Shown piece after piece: positions 27,191-40,767 of a stretch of 64,000 nucleotides of DNA. The position numbers were made by a program, and so were the translations under genes. The stretch lies in assembly GCF_009914755.1 (NCBI RefSeq), contig NC_060932.1. One strand, given 5' to 3'. The notes under the pieces were generated by a model. It did not search any database and was not told where the DNA came from. It saw only the letters and a list, made by a program, of their open reading frames with translations. This DNA comes from the human T2T-CHM13v2.0 reference genome, Homo sapiens. Within the stretch, counting starts at the first letter, position 1, and every line of letters begins with the position of its first letter.

Positions 27191-28671
27191 GAGGGTTTGC
27201 CCTTTAGCTAACTGTCTGCAAGTGCCAGTAACCTCCGCTTGGTCAGAGGGTCAGCTCCAGTTTGAGGCTGCAGCCTGGGACCCAGAAGAGCAGTATCTCA
27301 GGGCAGCATAAATGGTTTGCATCTATCCTAGCGGGACCTCACCGATGCTATGTCCTAACTACTGAGCTACCCATCCAGATTTGACGAGAGATAGTCACAA
27401 AGAAGTGTGCATTTACCCCACGGCCCTGCTGTTTTCCCCTGTAGTTCTTTAAAACATCCATGGGCATTAGAAGGTTCTGTGATAGCTTTACTTATCTAAC
27501 AAAGCTGGATTTTTTTTTTCTTTTCATCTGTTGTTTTACAATTTGGTGACTCCTGTTGTCCTTATTTGATATGATCATTAATACAAGTTTTTAAAAACAG
27601 AAACATTTTAGAGTAATTTTAACACTTTTATCTTGCCCAGAACATAAAAAAATCTTCATTTTCAATCCTTATAACTTTGTGTGAGGGAAATTAGGCATCA
27701 GGGTGGGAAACAGAGGTGACTTTTATTTGTCTAAGTCTACCAAATTGCTGAACTAGTAGGTAAAACTCCCTTCCTCTTAACTGAGCTGACTGATTTTTGC
27801 TAGATTTTTCTTTTCGTTTCTTCATTTTGTTTCTTCCGTTTCCTGGGATTTCATGTGTGATTTCTTTTTCTAAAGCACAACCTTTGGGGTGTAGTTAAGA
27901 GACATTTTTCCCTGTGTCCCCACCACCCCTTCCACACATGTGCAGGTCTCCCCTGAGTGCCCAGACAGCGCAGGACCACGCAGTCCACTCCCTCTGCCCC
28001 TCAGAGATTCTGCCTCTCTCTCCTGACCTGTGCCACATTCTTGTGTCAGGACCCCACCTCCCGCTGCGTTTTCTTCAACATATGAGAGTCTAGATGGGCA
28101 CAGCATTTAGAGGAGCTGCCCTATTCTGGTGTCCTGGGGAGAGAGACGTGCTTGTGACCCCGGCTGTGCAGGAGCCCTGAACCTTTCTGGGAGCACCAGC
28201 TGCGGGGGCCATGGTGGGAGCTCACTTGGGTGATTGGCTCATTCAGGTCTCCTCCCTCCTTGCTGCTGCCTCTGGAGGGTCTGCTGGCCGGGCTGGACAT
28301 GAGCTCTTTGTAGCCAGTGTGGACTGGACCCATTTGGCCCTAAGTAACTGAATTGTGTACCAGTCAGCAGTAGGGATGCATAACACCAGAGCTTCATTGA
28401 TTCAAAGGCAAAGCAGGTGGCATTTTACTGAACAATTAAATGTTTGAAGTAACCTTTTATAGAGTGAGAAAGATGTCTGTCTAGTTTTAAGTCTTTCTGA
28501 AGAGAAATGGGCTGGAATGTTTGGTTGGTTGCAGCTATTCTTGTGTTCTTTTTAAAATATCTGAAATTATACTTAGATATGGGGCAGGCTTTATTCCTAC
28601 CCAAGTAGCAGCGATCAGCGATGCTGGTGCTAACCCCTGGTCTTTGTCTGTTTCCCTATTGCTGACCTCAG

Positions 28672-28828
28672 GCACCACACTGTAACTCGAGGCATCACCA
28701 AAGGCGTGAAGGAGGACTTTCGCCTGGCCATGGAGCGCCAGGTCTCCCGCTGTGGAGAGAATCTGATGGTGGTTCTGCACAGGTTCTGCATTAATGAGAA
28801 GATCTTGCTCCTTCAGACTCTGACCTGA
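28672..28828 (+). CDS. INTS10: INTS10 last coding exon: [51 protein letters not shown]
   Basis: gacctcAG acceptor, phase 2, TGA at 28826-28828; matches recalled INTS10 C-terminus. Confidence 0.95.
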
Positions 28829-29095
28829 GTGGAGACCTTTCCACCAGACACAGCTCGGGCCTGTGTAATTGTAGGAGAAGACACTCAGCAGTGATTGCCA
28901 TGGCACAGAGCCGTGGTCATTGTTGCTGTTACAAAGAAGAAAACCATCTGAGTTCTAACTCCTTGGTTGCTTAAAAGTAGTTCCCAAGAGTCTGAGAAGC
29001 TATTTCTATTTTTAAGAGTCATTTTTTGTAATTTTTGTAAAACAAAAGTACCAATCTGTTTTGTAAATAAAAATCATCCTAAAATTTGAAGTTTT
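28829..29095 (+). other. INTS10: INTS10 3' UTR (end approximate)
   Basis: Lies between the stop codon and the poly(A) signal; cleavage site inferred ~20 nt past AATAAA. Confidence 0.7.
29066..29071 (+). terminator. Polyadenylation signal AATAAA
   Basis: Canonical hexamer with upstream TGTA (CFIm) motifs at 29027, 29036 and 29062 and T-rich sequence downstream. Confidence 0.8.
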
Positions 29096-29324
29096 TAAAA
29101 ATTTAATTCTTATGAGTTTTTGAACAGGGGTGCATTTTTCTTCTTTTCTAAGCATATAGCAAGGGGGAAAATCCAGCATAATTGAATTGAGTAATGAATT
29201 TTACTAATATAGATACTTACTTAAAAGACATATGTCTTCCATGACCTTAAGATTTTATTTTCCATAGTTAGGCTTTGGTCGGTATTGCATATCAACATAA
29301 TATTAGACGTTTTCATTCAGGTGA

Positions 29325-29616
29325 TCTCTTTTTTAGAAACAAGGTCTCACTCTACACCCAGGTTAGAGTGCAGTGGCACGATCATAACTCACTGCAGCCT
29401 CAAACTCCTGGCCTCAAGCAATCCTCCTGCCTCCAACCTCCCAAGTAGCTGGGACTACAAGTATACACCACCATGCTCAGCTATTTTTTTTTAATTTTAT
29501 GTAGAGACAGGGTCTCACTATGTTACTCAGGTGGGTCTCAAACATCTGGCCTCCAGCAATCCCACCTCAGCCTCCCAAAGTGTTGGTATAACAGGCATGA
29601 GCCACCATACCTGGCC
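29325..29616 (-). mobile_element. Alu (AluJ-like)
   Basis: Reverse diverged Alu. Confidence 0.88.
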
Positions 29617-29839
29617 TCATTCGGGAAGTTTTAACACCAAAAACATTTATGTAAAAATGAATTTGAGCCTGACCTCTCCCACTGATGGTCCCCTGAAGGA
29701 GAGGTGCTCAGGGCTGCTGAAAAGCCCAGGACAGGAAGTGGAGGTGAGAGGCAAGGTGTGGCAGAGCAGCCTCCCCATTGCTGTCTGGCTCCAGGAAGTC
29801 CCTGCTGCTGTGCCAGGGTGGCCCAGTGGTTTCTACCCA

Positions 29840-30070
29840 GGGGCTTTGGAGCCAGGTGGCCTTGTGTGGCTTTGTATCCTGGCTTTGCCCTGCCCTTACT
29901 TGCTATGTGACCGTGGACAAGGTAACTTCTGTGTGCCTCAAGCTCTTTGTCTGAAAACGGAGCTGAGTGGTCCTCCCCTTGCTGGTTATTGGGAGGATGA
30001 AATGTTGCTCCACGTGAAATGCTTGGGAGAGGGCCTTGAGTGTAGTTAGTGCTGGCCAACATTAGCTATT
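29840..30070 (+). mobile_element. MIR
   Basis: cttacttgctatgtgaccgtggacaag...gtgcctca...cattagctatta. Confidence 0.65.
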
Positions 30071-30450
30071 AGGCTAATTTTTTTTTTAATTAGGCTAATT
30101 TTATTTTCCTTTTGCTCTTCATGAAATTATACAGAAGACAAACATCAATAAAATTTGTTTCAAGGGAGTATTTAAGAATGAAAGAGCTAAGAAGTTTTGC
30201 AGTTACTCTGCATAAAAGGTCTTAGAAATCTTTTCTAAATAAAGATCCTTTTTATAGCTATATTAAAATCAATAAGATGGTTTAAATAAGAGACATCTGA
30301 TCTCAAAAATATCAACTAGCTTGTTTTGCAGTGTTTATTAGTGTAATATGAGTTTATTACAAATATATAAGCTATCCTTTTTTTAGTGATGGGATGTGCT
30401 GCCACCTAAAAGCTCCCAAATTAAACACTCTCACCTTTAGGTTTTCTAAC

Positions 30451-30995
30451 ACTATTAGGGTTCTTCAGAGGGACCGAACTATTGGATAGATGTATATATG
30501 AAAGGGAGTTTGTTAAGGAGAATTAGCTGACATGATCAGAAGGTGAAGCTCCACAGCAGGCCGTCTGCGAGCCAAGGAAGAAGGAAGCCCACAGTGGCTC
30601 AGTCCAAGTCCAAAAGCCTCAAAAGCAGGGAGGCCAACAGTGCATCCTTCAGTCTGTGGCCAAAGGCCCGAGAGCCCATGACCAACCACTGGTGTAAGTC
30701 CAAGAGTCCAAAGGCCAAAGAACCTGGAGTCTGATGTCCAAAGGCAGGAAGCATCCAGCACGGGAGAAAGATGAAAGCCAGAAGACTCAGCAAGTCAGCT
30801 TATCCCACCTTCCGCCTACTTTGTTCTACCCTCGCTGGTGTCTACCCAGCTTGAGGGTGGGTCTTTCTCTCCCGATCCATTGACTCAAATGTTAATCTCC
30901 TCTGGCAAAAGCCTCACAGACACACCCAGAAACAATACCAGCTATCTAGGCATCCTTCAATGCAATCAAGTTGACACCTAATATTAACCATCACG
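30451..30995 (-). mobile_element. MLT2A-like solo LTR (ERVL)
   Basis: Ends in gttgacacctaatattaaccatcac, the reverse complement of the TGTGATGGTTAATA MLT2 start; internal ccaaaggcccgagagccc. Confidence 0.85.
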
Positions 30996-31139
30996 AACAG
31001 CTTCCTCAGCTCAGTGTTTCAGGAGCAGTGCACATCACAACAAGACTTTCTAATACCCCAAAATGTAGGTACTAGCTAAAAGAGGATTAACCATCTTTTT
31101 TAAAATTCAGTGGTGCCACTTCTCTGTGAAGAGGCTGCA

Positions 31140-31600
31140 GGGAAAGGGCCACAGAATAAAATGGAAACTCAGACTGAATTTGCAGAAAAAGAAGGAGCTG
31201 GGAGAAAACTGCAGACCTCTCAGCACATAATGGCTCCATCCAAATCGCTGCACTAAGAGACCTGACCAAACTCTAGCTTGGCTACCAGCAGCTTAAGGCC
31301 ATGACCCCAGTCCCGCTTAAAATGCCTGCCTGAGAAAGCTCCATGCTACCAAAATTTATTCCAGACCAAACCAGGTGATAGGCAGATAGGCCCCTGGACT
31401 CTCGCTTAGAATAGTTACTTTAAAAAGGTTGCAATTACACATCCTTTGCCCTTTGAGATGCAAAGTGACCCCCCAGAGCTGTTTTCTCAAGAACCCAAGA
31501 GCTGGCTTTTTGAAATCCATTCAGGGAATCAACTCTTGCTCCCAGTCCCTGTGACAGGGAACATTTGAGCTGGGTTTGGACCACTGTAACATTTAGACTC
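31140..31600 (+). mobile_element. Probable old ERV1 LTR (MER67-like)
   Basis: aaatgcctgcctgagaaagctc and ctttgagatgcaaa...ttctcaagaacc resemble recalled MER67 motifs; boundaries uncertain. Confidence 0.4.
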
Positions 31601-32712
31601 CTACAGGAGATGTACTGTTGCCATGGCAATCCTGCTCCCTAACAAAGGAACTGCAGGCTCAGGCTTTTGGTGTCTGCTTGTCTGAGTAACGAATGAGGCA
31701 AAGCTACCATCGGGATGACCTTAAGGCAGGCAGAAGATACAGCGGTGCATAGGAGGCTTGACTGACCTTGGATATCTCGTCCCAGACATTCCCCTCACCT
31801 GGCAGCGGGGTGCACCCTGCGTGCACAGCATCCTCCTCCTACGCTTAGGTCCATCTGGATGTAGAGTCCCTCCTGGGAAAAGGGGAACTGCCAGAAAGAG
31901 ACACCTGCCCCTCACTCGTCACCAAATGCAGGTTCCTGGGGAAAATGATGCTAGTAAGACCTGCCTCTGGGTTTCCTAAGCAGCAGAACAGCTCCCTCGC
32001 TGCAATCCATTGAAAGTCAGTCCTGGACACCAGGGTTTGTCCACCCATATGGAGGCTCCAAGCATCTATGCATCTATCCCTCTCGATCCCTAGGACTTCG
32101 GACCCGGAGCCACACTGTGGGGCGGCAGTGATCAGGTACCCTCCTGGCAACCCGACTCAATGCCCCGCCTCCTCGCCACCCTGCCAGGATGCACCCTGGG
32201 CTGGGACAAAGTTGGGGAGCGGTGGGGATAGCAGAGATGGATGGGTAGCCCCCTGCATCCTCAGGGTTGACCAGCAGTCTGCCAGGCTCGGTCTCTCTTC
32301 TGCAGTCCATCAACCTCCAAAGACTCACATCGATAGGCCCCTGCCTGCCTTAGGCCAGGGGTCCCCATTAGACTGTAGCCAAGGGACAGCCCATTGAGAC
32401 AGTGGACTAGCTCAAGGCCTCGAGCTGCTGGGTCGAGACCAGTTGTCCGGCTGCCACCTTAGACGAGAGGCTAGGGCCAACCTAGAGAGGGGCCCACGGG
32501 GACCCAGACTGGCAGCGGGGGTAAAACAGAGAATCATTCCTCAGGTGGGGTGGGGCCCAAGGTTTATGGGAAAAATGTTATTGTTATTAGAAATATTTAT
32601 CTGTAAATATGAAATCACAGAAATTGTAATACAGTCTTCTATAACATTAAATATAAATTGTAGGGGTTATAAATGATAAATCCATGTGAAAAACAAATAA
32701 ACGTGAACAGTT

Positions 32713-33014
32713 ATTTTTATTTTTTTAGAGACAGGGTCTTGCTCTGTCACCCAGAGTAACAGTCACCCTGGAGTGCAGTGCCGCGACCATGGCTCATGGC
32801 AGCCTCCTGGGCTTAAGCGATCCTCCTGCCTCAGCTTCTGAGTAGCTGGGACCACTGGCACATGCCATTATGCCCGACTGATTTTAAAATGTTTTATAGA
32901 GACAGGGTTTCACCATGTTGCCCAGGCTGGTCTCCAACTCCTGGATTCAAGAGAACTGGCCACCTCTACCTCTTAAAGTGCTAGGATTATAGGTGTGGGC
33001 CACTATGCCAGGCC
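32713..33014 (-). mobile_element. Alu (AluJ-like)
   Basis: Reverse Alu with a small internal duplication (gtcaccc). Confidence 0.88.
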
Positions 33015-33659
33015 TGAAGTTATTTTTGTCACTGTCACTCATCATGATTGTAACTATCGCTGTTATGATTATTCGTTGTCGTAGCTAGAGCAATAAACAC
33101 GCTGAGTACAGCTCTCTGTCCACAAAAGGGTTCCACCAATGGGAGGCAACGGAGGAAGTGTTCAGGGCTCAGAATGTCCAATCTTGCAGGGCACCACTGT
33201 CCCCCACCCATAGCTGGCCCTGGCCCAGGGCCCTCTGGAAAAAAAAAAAAGTCAAGGCCTCCTGGACTGTGGGGGTCGGCCCCCTCCAACCCATTCCAAC
33301 CAGGGAGCTCCAAGGTGGAGGCCAGGCACACGCTGGGCACTCTCCGCCAGCCTTGGGCCAAGAAATGTGACCCAACGTGAGTGGAGCCAAGGCCGGGTAT
33401 CCTCACCACCTGTGATGGCTTCTGTGGACACAGACTTTCGCATCCCTTGCCAGGAACAAGCTGGTGGCTGCTTTTATGTAATCCATGAAGGTCACCCAGA
33501 TGGCCAGACCTGAGCCTGGTGAAATGGGGGTGGGAATGGGCCGGGGTTGGTGCGAAAGGGCAGCTAGAGGGTTAAAAACTGAGACTGAGTCCTCAGCTGG
33601 AAGGTGCAGGATGCAGTGTCAGGTGTGAGAGTGACTCACGAGGTTTATAGTAATGAGAA

Positions 33660-34101
<442 letters not shown>

Positions 34102-34240
34102 CTGTATGTCATATAAATTCTGAAATGTAAATTAAAGTATAGATTATAAGAATTTTATAAATATTAATAAGTATATAAAAGTAATTATTGTCATTGCTAT
34201 TTATCGTTACTGTAATTATTACTATGATTACCAATAGGAG

Positions 34241-34740
34241 TTGTTATAGAAATACTGAATAAAGTTTCTCTGTCTAGGAAAGGTATTCAGTTGACCAGAG
34301 ATGATAAAGAGGGTTTCCAGGCCAATGAATTGTCTCAATTCACTGGTAAGCACAGGAAGGCCGTGAGCAGCCACCAGCCTGGAGAGCCTACCCACATCTC
34401 CACAGTGATCTGCTCCAAATGCTCAGGACTGAATCCAGACCCTCCCTCATTTTTGACACCCACTTCCAAGTTAGGGTCAACAGGGGAAGCCAAATACACT
34501 GACCCTCATGGATCATGTGGAACGCACCTCTTCTTGTCAGTCTGCTTCCAGCCATTCCCAGATCAGCCCGCTCCCAGCAGGATGCACCCTCCTCTTTTCC
34601 TACCATAAAGCTTTCCTACTCCTCTGCCTGCCTTTGAGTCTCTGCCAAGCACAAGCTGTTGTGGTGGCTGCCTCTTACAATAGAGAGCGAGCTCTCGATT
34701 AATAAATGTTGTTCTCATGTGGGTGATCTTTATCTCCACA
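34241..34740 (+). mobile_element. ERV1 solo LTR (MER31-like)
   Basis: cataaagctttcctactcctctgcctgcctttgagtctctgccaa, AATAAA, terminal ...ctccaca. Confidence 0.65.
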
Positions 34741-34745
34741 AAGGT

Positions 34746-36751
34746 TGTGACACAGGAGCCTTTTGGTGCCTCTGTGTCAGCCAGAAACCTCTGTGACTGG
34801 CAATGCAGGGATCTTGCTCAGCTCTGGGTTCACCACCTGGCTTCCTCCACCCACTTGTCCTGGCAGGCTGTATTCGGCTTGTGCTCCTGGCCTGGATCCC
34901 ATGCCCACCAGCTCTTCACTCAGCCTGCAACTGGTCTGCAGGCTGCCTTGAACGGCTTCTGCCTTGGGTGCCAATGTCTGGATAAGGGGGATGCAGCAGT
35001 GCCTGAAAGCTTGAAGATGCCAGCAACCACGGAGCCCCAAGGGGTGTTACAGCCTTTTCCTCAGGGATTCCTAAAGTGCTAGGACTTTAGGCTCAAAGTC
35101 TCCTTTGAGCCCTCAGGAAGCATTACAGCTCATTTGCGTTACAGCTCATTCATTCCCATCATCTGCAAGCTTCGGCGAATCAGGTCATGTCCCAGCTTGT
35201 TTGGTCCTGCCGCCCTGCCCAGGCCTGTGGCTCCTTGGCTGATCAAGTTCTGCTGTCACCGCTTCCTGTCACATGGGGCAGCCATCTGGCACCAGTGGAG
35301 GGTGGGAGGACTACAGTGCTACAGCTCTTTTCACACCTGCCATTCAGTGGGCTCCATGTCCTTGTCCTGCATCCAAGAGAAATGAGCTATACAGACACCA
35401 GAGAGTGGGCAAGATTGGGAAGAATTGTCTTGAGTGACAGAAAAGCTCTCAAAACAAGAGGGGACCCAAGGTGGGTAGCCGTCTGTGTGAGAGGGAGCCT
35501 GAAGGCAGATAGTCCCAGTGTGTGGCTGAGTCTGAGGGTTTTATAGGCTCAGAATCGGGGAGTGCATACTAATTGGTCCATGGGCAGGCCTGAAAAAAGC
35601 ACCATTTGGGGAGAAAAATTTTGCAATCCACGCATCTGACGAAGGGCTAATATCCAGAATCTACAAAGAACTTAAACAAATTTACAAGAAAAAAATCAAA
35701 CAACCCCATCAAAAAGTGGGTGAAGGATATGAACAGACACATCTCAAAAGAAGACATTTATGCAGCCAACAGACACATGAAAAAATGCTCATCATCACTG
35801 GCCATCAGAGAAATACAAATCAAAACCACAATGAGATACCATCTCACACCAGTTAGAATGGCGATCATTAAAAAGTCAGGAAACAATAGGTGCTGCAGAG
35901 GATGTGGAGAAATAGGAACACTTTTACACTATTGGTGGGACGGTAAACTAGTTCAACCATTGTGGAAGACAGTGTGGCGATTCCTCAAGGATCTAGAACT
36001 AGAAATATCATTTGACCCAGTGATCCCATTACTGGGTATATACCCAAAGGATTATAAATCATGCTACTATAAAGACACATGCACACATATGTTTATTGCG
36101 GCACTATTCACAATAGCAAAGACTTAGAGCCAACCCAAATGTCCATCAAAGATAGACTGGATTAAGAAAATGTGGCACATATACACCATGGAATACTATG
36201 CAGCCATAAAAAATGATGAGTTCATGTCCTTTGTAGAGACATGGATGAAGCTGGAAACCATCATTCTCAGCAAACTATCGCAAGGACAGAAAACCAAACA
36301 CTGCATGTTCTCACTCACAGGTGGGAATTGAACAATGAGAACACTTAGACACAGGGTGGGGAACATCACACACCGGGGCCTGTCATGGGGTGGCGGGATG
36401 GGGGAGGGATAGCATTAGAAGAAATACCTAATGTAAATGACGAGTTAATGGGTGCAGCACACCAACATGGCACATTTATACATATGTAACGAACCTGCAA
36501 GTTGTACACATGTACCTTAGAACTTAAAGTATAATAAAAGTATATATATATTTAAAAAAAGAAAAAAAAAATAGAAAAAAGCACCATTTGATTGGCTAAA
36601 AGGCACCAAGGACATTCTCACTCTAGGTTGTGGACTCTACCTGAAACTGGCAGCCTGGTTTTCAGGCTTCAGGTTGTCTTTTAGCTTGAAGGTTGGGATT
36701 CACTGAGGACGTTTTACTGCCTAGGAATTTGTCTGCCTCCTGCCTGTATCA
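34746..36751 (-). mobile_element. ERV1 LTR of the LTR1/27/28 group (~1.02 kb), split by an L1 insertion
   Basis: Minus strand begins TGATACAGGCAGGAGGCAGACAAATTCCTAGGCAG and ends ...TGTCACA; the halves rejoin across the L1 TSD. Confidence 0.7.
35609..36573 (+). mobile_element. 5'-truncated L1PA (ORF2 C-terminus, 3' UTR, tail)
   Basis: ORF 35720..36127 is L1 ORF2p ([21 protein letters not shown]...); 17-bp TSD gaaaaaagcaccatttg at 35592 and 36574. Confidence 0.95.
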
Positions 36752-36854
36752 GTTAGTAGTAGGGAAAGCAAATAAAGCAGTCAGAATCATAACCATGCCC
36801 TACGTTAACTCTTTCTCTGTCTCCCTTATGTCCCTATTTTTTCCATCACACCAT

Positions 36855-37237
36855 TTTAAAAATTAGCATATAATCTGCATACCATAAAAATTCATCCTTT
36901 AAAAAGTGTACAGTTCAGTGATTTTTTTTGTCTATTCACAAAGTTGTGCAACTATCACCACCATCTAATCCCAAGGCACTTTCTTCACCTCAAAAAGAAA
37001 TGCTTATGCCCATTAAACAATCCCCATACCCATTAATCAGGCATTTCCCATTTGACCCCTGCCCCATACCTTGGCAATCACCAGTCTGCTGTCTTCACGA
37101 CTTGCTTATTCTGAATATTTTATATAAATGGAATCATACCGCATGTGGCCTTTTATGTTTGGCTTCTTTCACTTAACAGAATGTTTTTGCAGCTCACCCA
37201 TGGTTTTGTATGTATCAGTGTTCTATTCCTTTTTATG
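36855..37237 (-). mobile_element. L1MB-like 3' end
   Basis: aaagtgtacagttcagtg...tatataaatggaatcatac...ggcttctttcacttaac. Confidence 0.75.
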
Positions 37238-37782
37238 TGTAAAAGACCAGAATATACCACTTCAAAATATATCTTTTTAGCATAAAGATTATTTTGAGTT
37301 GAAGGCATTGAGAAGAAACAGACACAGGAAAAACTCTCTGCCCTCCTTCTATTTGTCTAAAAGCAGGACATAAATTTACAAGGGTATCCCTCCTTCCCGT
37401 TCTACCAATGACAAAGGTTAAGCACCAGAGACACCTTTAAACCCTTATCAGCCTGGAGACTACCCAGTGAAATTTACATAACAAGCTTTACTAATTCTCC
37501 TTTGTCAACCATTTATTTGCCCCTGGAGGCTCAAAATCCCTTTCCTTTATCTTGTCACAATTCTAAAACATTTGTTATTCTTTGTTGAAGTTGCTATGTA
37601 AGCTGGAGTTCTAAGCTACCTCTTTGATAATCACTCATTTTTTGAGTATCTCTCATATGTATATGATATATACATTTTAATAAGCTTGTTTGTTTTTGTC
37701 TTGTTAATCTGTCTTTTGCTACAGGGATCCATCAGCTAAGAGCTAAGTAGAGAAGATGGGAGACTATTTTTCTCCCCCTTCA
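37238..37782 (+). mobile_element. ERV1 solo LTR (MER39/MER34-like) inserted in L1MB
   Basis: TG...CA termini; 4-bp TSD tatg; cataaagattattttgagttgaaggc motif. Confidence 0.72.
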
Positions 37783-37899
37783 TATGGCTTAATAAGTTTC
37801 TATTGTAAGCCATTAAGATGGAATGATTGATTCATTGGTTTTCCCATGCTATCCAGTCCTTCTGCCCCACCCCCTAATTTTAATTTGTGGTAAAATACC

Positions 37900-38270
37900 C
37901 TTAAAAATGAAGAACACTGACATATGCTATGACATGGATAAACCTTTGAAACATTATTTTGGGTGAAATAAGCCAGTCACAGAAAGACAAATACTATACA
38001 ATCCCACTCATATGAGGCACCTAGAATCACCAAATGACTAGAAACAGAAAGTAGAATGGTGGTTGCCAGGGGCTGGCTGGGTGGAGCAGGTAAGGAAGGG
38101 AATGGGAAACTGTTAGTTCAATGGGTATAAACTTTCAGTTTTTCAAGATGAGGAGTTCTGGAGATGGGATGCATAGCAATATGAATATACTCAACACCAC
38201 TGAACTGTGCACTTAGAAATGATTAAGATAGCAGATTTCATGGGGTGTGGTTATTTAACACAAATGTTTT
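37900..38270 (+). mobile_element. L1MB-like 3' UTR
   Basis: gtgaaataagccagtcacagaaagacaaatact...gaaagtagaatggtggttgccagggg. Confidence 0.8.
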
Positions 38271-38969
38271 TTAAAATGTATTCAAATATATATCCCATGC
38301 AATGTGTCATTTCAACCTTTATTTTTTGGTAACATCTGTCATTTTTGGTAACATGTTATTTTATAATCTCTGATTATAAAGGCAGTAGAATTGTGTTCTA
38401 TGAGATTAAAATAAGGAGATATCAGAGCACAATATCAGGAATCACATGGTTTACTGACATAGAGAGATTTTTTTCTCTTTTGGTTCACAATGGTTAAAGA
38501 TGGGGAAAATAGCAAATAGATCTCCCAGAGAATACACTTGATAGACCAGGTATGTTAACCACATACTGAGTGGGTTCCCAATTGCTCAGTTAGGATGGAA
38601 GCAGGGCTCTAAGAAAAGTAAAGCCTAATTATAAAATTTTGAGATGTACTTTGATAGGAGCGGTTCTCCAGAGAAGCTGGATTGACCAAGACAGTGGGGG
38701 AAATCCGTGAAGGACGTAAGGTCCCTTGATGCTAGAGGGCAGTAGCAGTGTGGTGGTGGGAAGGGGAAGGAGGGATGTTTCAAAGCTCCAAGGCCCATCA
38801 CAGCCTGAGCTCTCGGCAATCAGAGAAGTAGCTGACAGAGCGAAACCTGCCACAACCTCGGCTCTCAAAGTGTCTGTCTAACTCATAAGTGTATATGTAA
38901 TTGCAAGCCCAGTAGTTTAGGTCAGTGGCCTGATCAGGTATGACGTAACATTCCCAAGGGGATGGGATG

Positions 38970-40179
38970 CATTGCTATTTTTAACCTCATACAGTAAGAT
39001 AGAAGAGGAAAGAAATAACTTAAAGATGGATTTCATAATTAGAAGGGCAGCAGCATGGAGTTTTCAGCCTGGCCATGTAAAGAATGAAAAGGTGTGCTCA
39101 GGAGAGCGAACCAGATGTGTGCTAAGGCGATTCATATGGATAAAAGGGATCACCAAGACAATGGGAGGATGACTCCAAAGGCATTTCAAAGACTTTCAGG
39201 GCTGCCCCTGCCATCACAGGCCCAGAGCTCTAGGAGGGTAGAATGAATGTTGGGGACAGACCAGGGTACCCTCCATGGGTTCATTGCCCACAGCCACCTC
39301 GGAGCTTTGCTTCCACATTCCAGTGCAGTGCTCCTCAGCCACCCTGGTTGTGGCTCAAGTAGATTCCAGTGTAGCTCAACCTACTACTCTGGAAGGTACG
39401 AATCATAAATCTTGGCAGTGTCCACATGGCGCTAATTCTGCAGGCGTGCAGAATGCAAGAACCTTGGGGGCATGGTTTCCTCTGCCTACATTTCAAAGGA
39501 TGTCACAGACAGCCTGGTGACCCAGGGTAAGACTTGTCATAGGGTCAGAGTCACCACAGAAAGCCCCTATGAGGGCAATGCCCAGTGAAACTGTGGGGTC
39601 AGAGCCCCCACAGACAGCCCCCCCAGGACAATCCCTAGTGGAGCCATGGGAGTGAGACCACTCCCACAACCCCAGAACTGCCTTGGAGACCTGCAGGCAC
39701 AGCAAGAGACTCCAACCTGTGAATGCTGCTGCGTGGTATGAGCCTTATGGGTCCAACCTCTACTCCAGTGTGTCCAGAACATGGGACATGGAGTCAAAGC
39801 AGACCATTCTGGAGTTTTAAGACTTGTTTTCTCTTTTGGGTTTTCATACTTAGTTGGGGCCACTTACCCCTTTCTTCTTGACTATTCTTCCCTTATGAAA
39901 TGGGAATGTCTATCCTACATCTATCTCACCACTGTATTTTACAGTGGAGATAACTCATTTTGTAGATAACATATTTTGATGTCACAGGCTCACTGCTAGA
40001 GGGAAGTTGCCTCAGGATGAATGGTGCCTTAAGTCTCACCCATTTTGGAGCTAGATGAGACTTTGGACTTCAGGCTTTTGAATTGATGTTCGAATGAATT
40101 AAGATTCTGGGGGCTATTGGGATAGAATGAATGCATTTTGCATTGTGAGAAGGACAAATTTGTGGGGCTAGGGGTGGAA
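38970..40179 (+). mobile_element. MaLR internal sequence (MST-int-like), partial
   Basis: gcccctgccatcacaggcccagag and gtggggtcagagcccccacag motifs; polypurine tract ggggctaggggtggaa just before the LTR. Confidence 0.75.
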
Positions 40180-40595
40180 TGCTATGTTTTGAATGCATTC
40201 CCCGAAGTTTATGTGTTGAAAACGTAATCGCCAATGCAACAGTGTTGAGAGGTGGGAATTTTAAGAGGTGATTAGGCCATGAGGGCAGAGGGAAGAGCCC
40301 TTACGAATGAATTAATGTCATTATCACAGAATTAGGTTTATTATCAAAGTGAGTTCAACCCTCTCTTGCTTTTTTACTGTCTTATGCTCTCTGGCCATTC
40401 TACCAGACACAGCAAGAAGTCCCTTGCCAGATGCCTGGGAAGACACAGCAAGAAGTCCCTTGCCAGATGCCTGCACCTTGATATTGGACTTGCCAGCTTC
40501 CAGTATGAGAAAGAAAATAAATTTTTTTTTATTTATCTGTAGTATTTATTTTATCTGTAGTGTTCTGTGATAGTAACACAAAATGAACAATGACA
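40180..40595 (+). mobile_element. MST-family 3' LTR (MSTC/D-like)
   Basis: tgctatgttttgaatg start; gaggtgattaggccatgaggg; ends ...gaca. Confidence 0.8.
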
Positions 40596-40767
40596 GTCCA
40601 TATGACCAAGGAAATAACAACTCTGTTCTCTCAACAAAATACAATTAGAACCACAAAAACAATAGCCCCATACTCAAAGTAGATAGGGTTAAATAATCTT
40701 GTCTGGAAAGGATTTTAGAAGTCCTGTGGCCGGTCTCACTTTTTCTCCCAGTGTTGTAATCTACAAC

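Noticed and set aside
28535-28906. 123-aa antisense ORF over the last INTS10 exon
   Set aside because: Shadow of the coding strand; no independent promoter or splice evidence
35720-36127. 135-aa ORF with clear protein homology
   Set aside because: It is the L1 ORF2p C-terminus in a 5'-truncated element, ended by a premature stop; not a host gene
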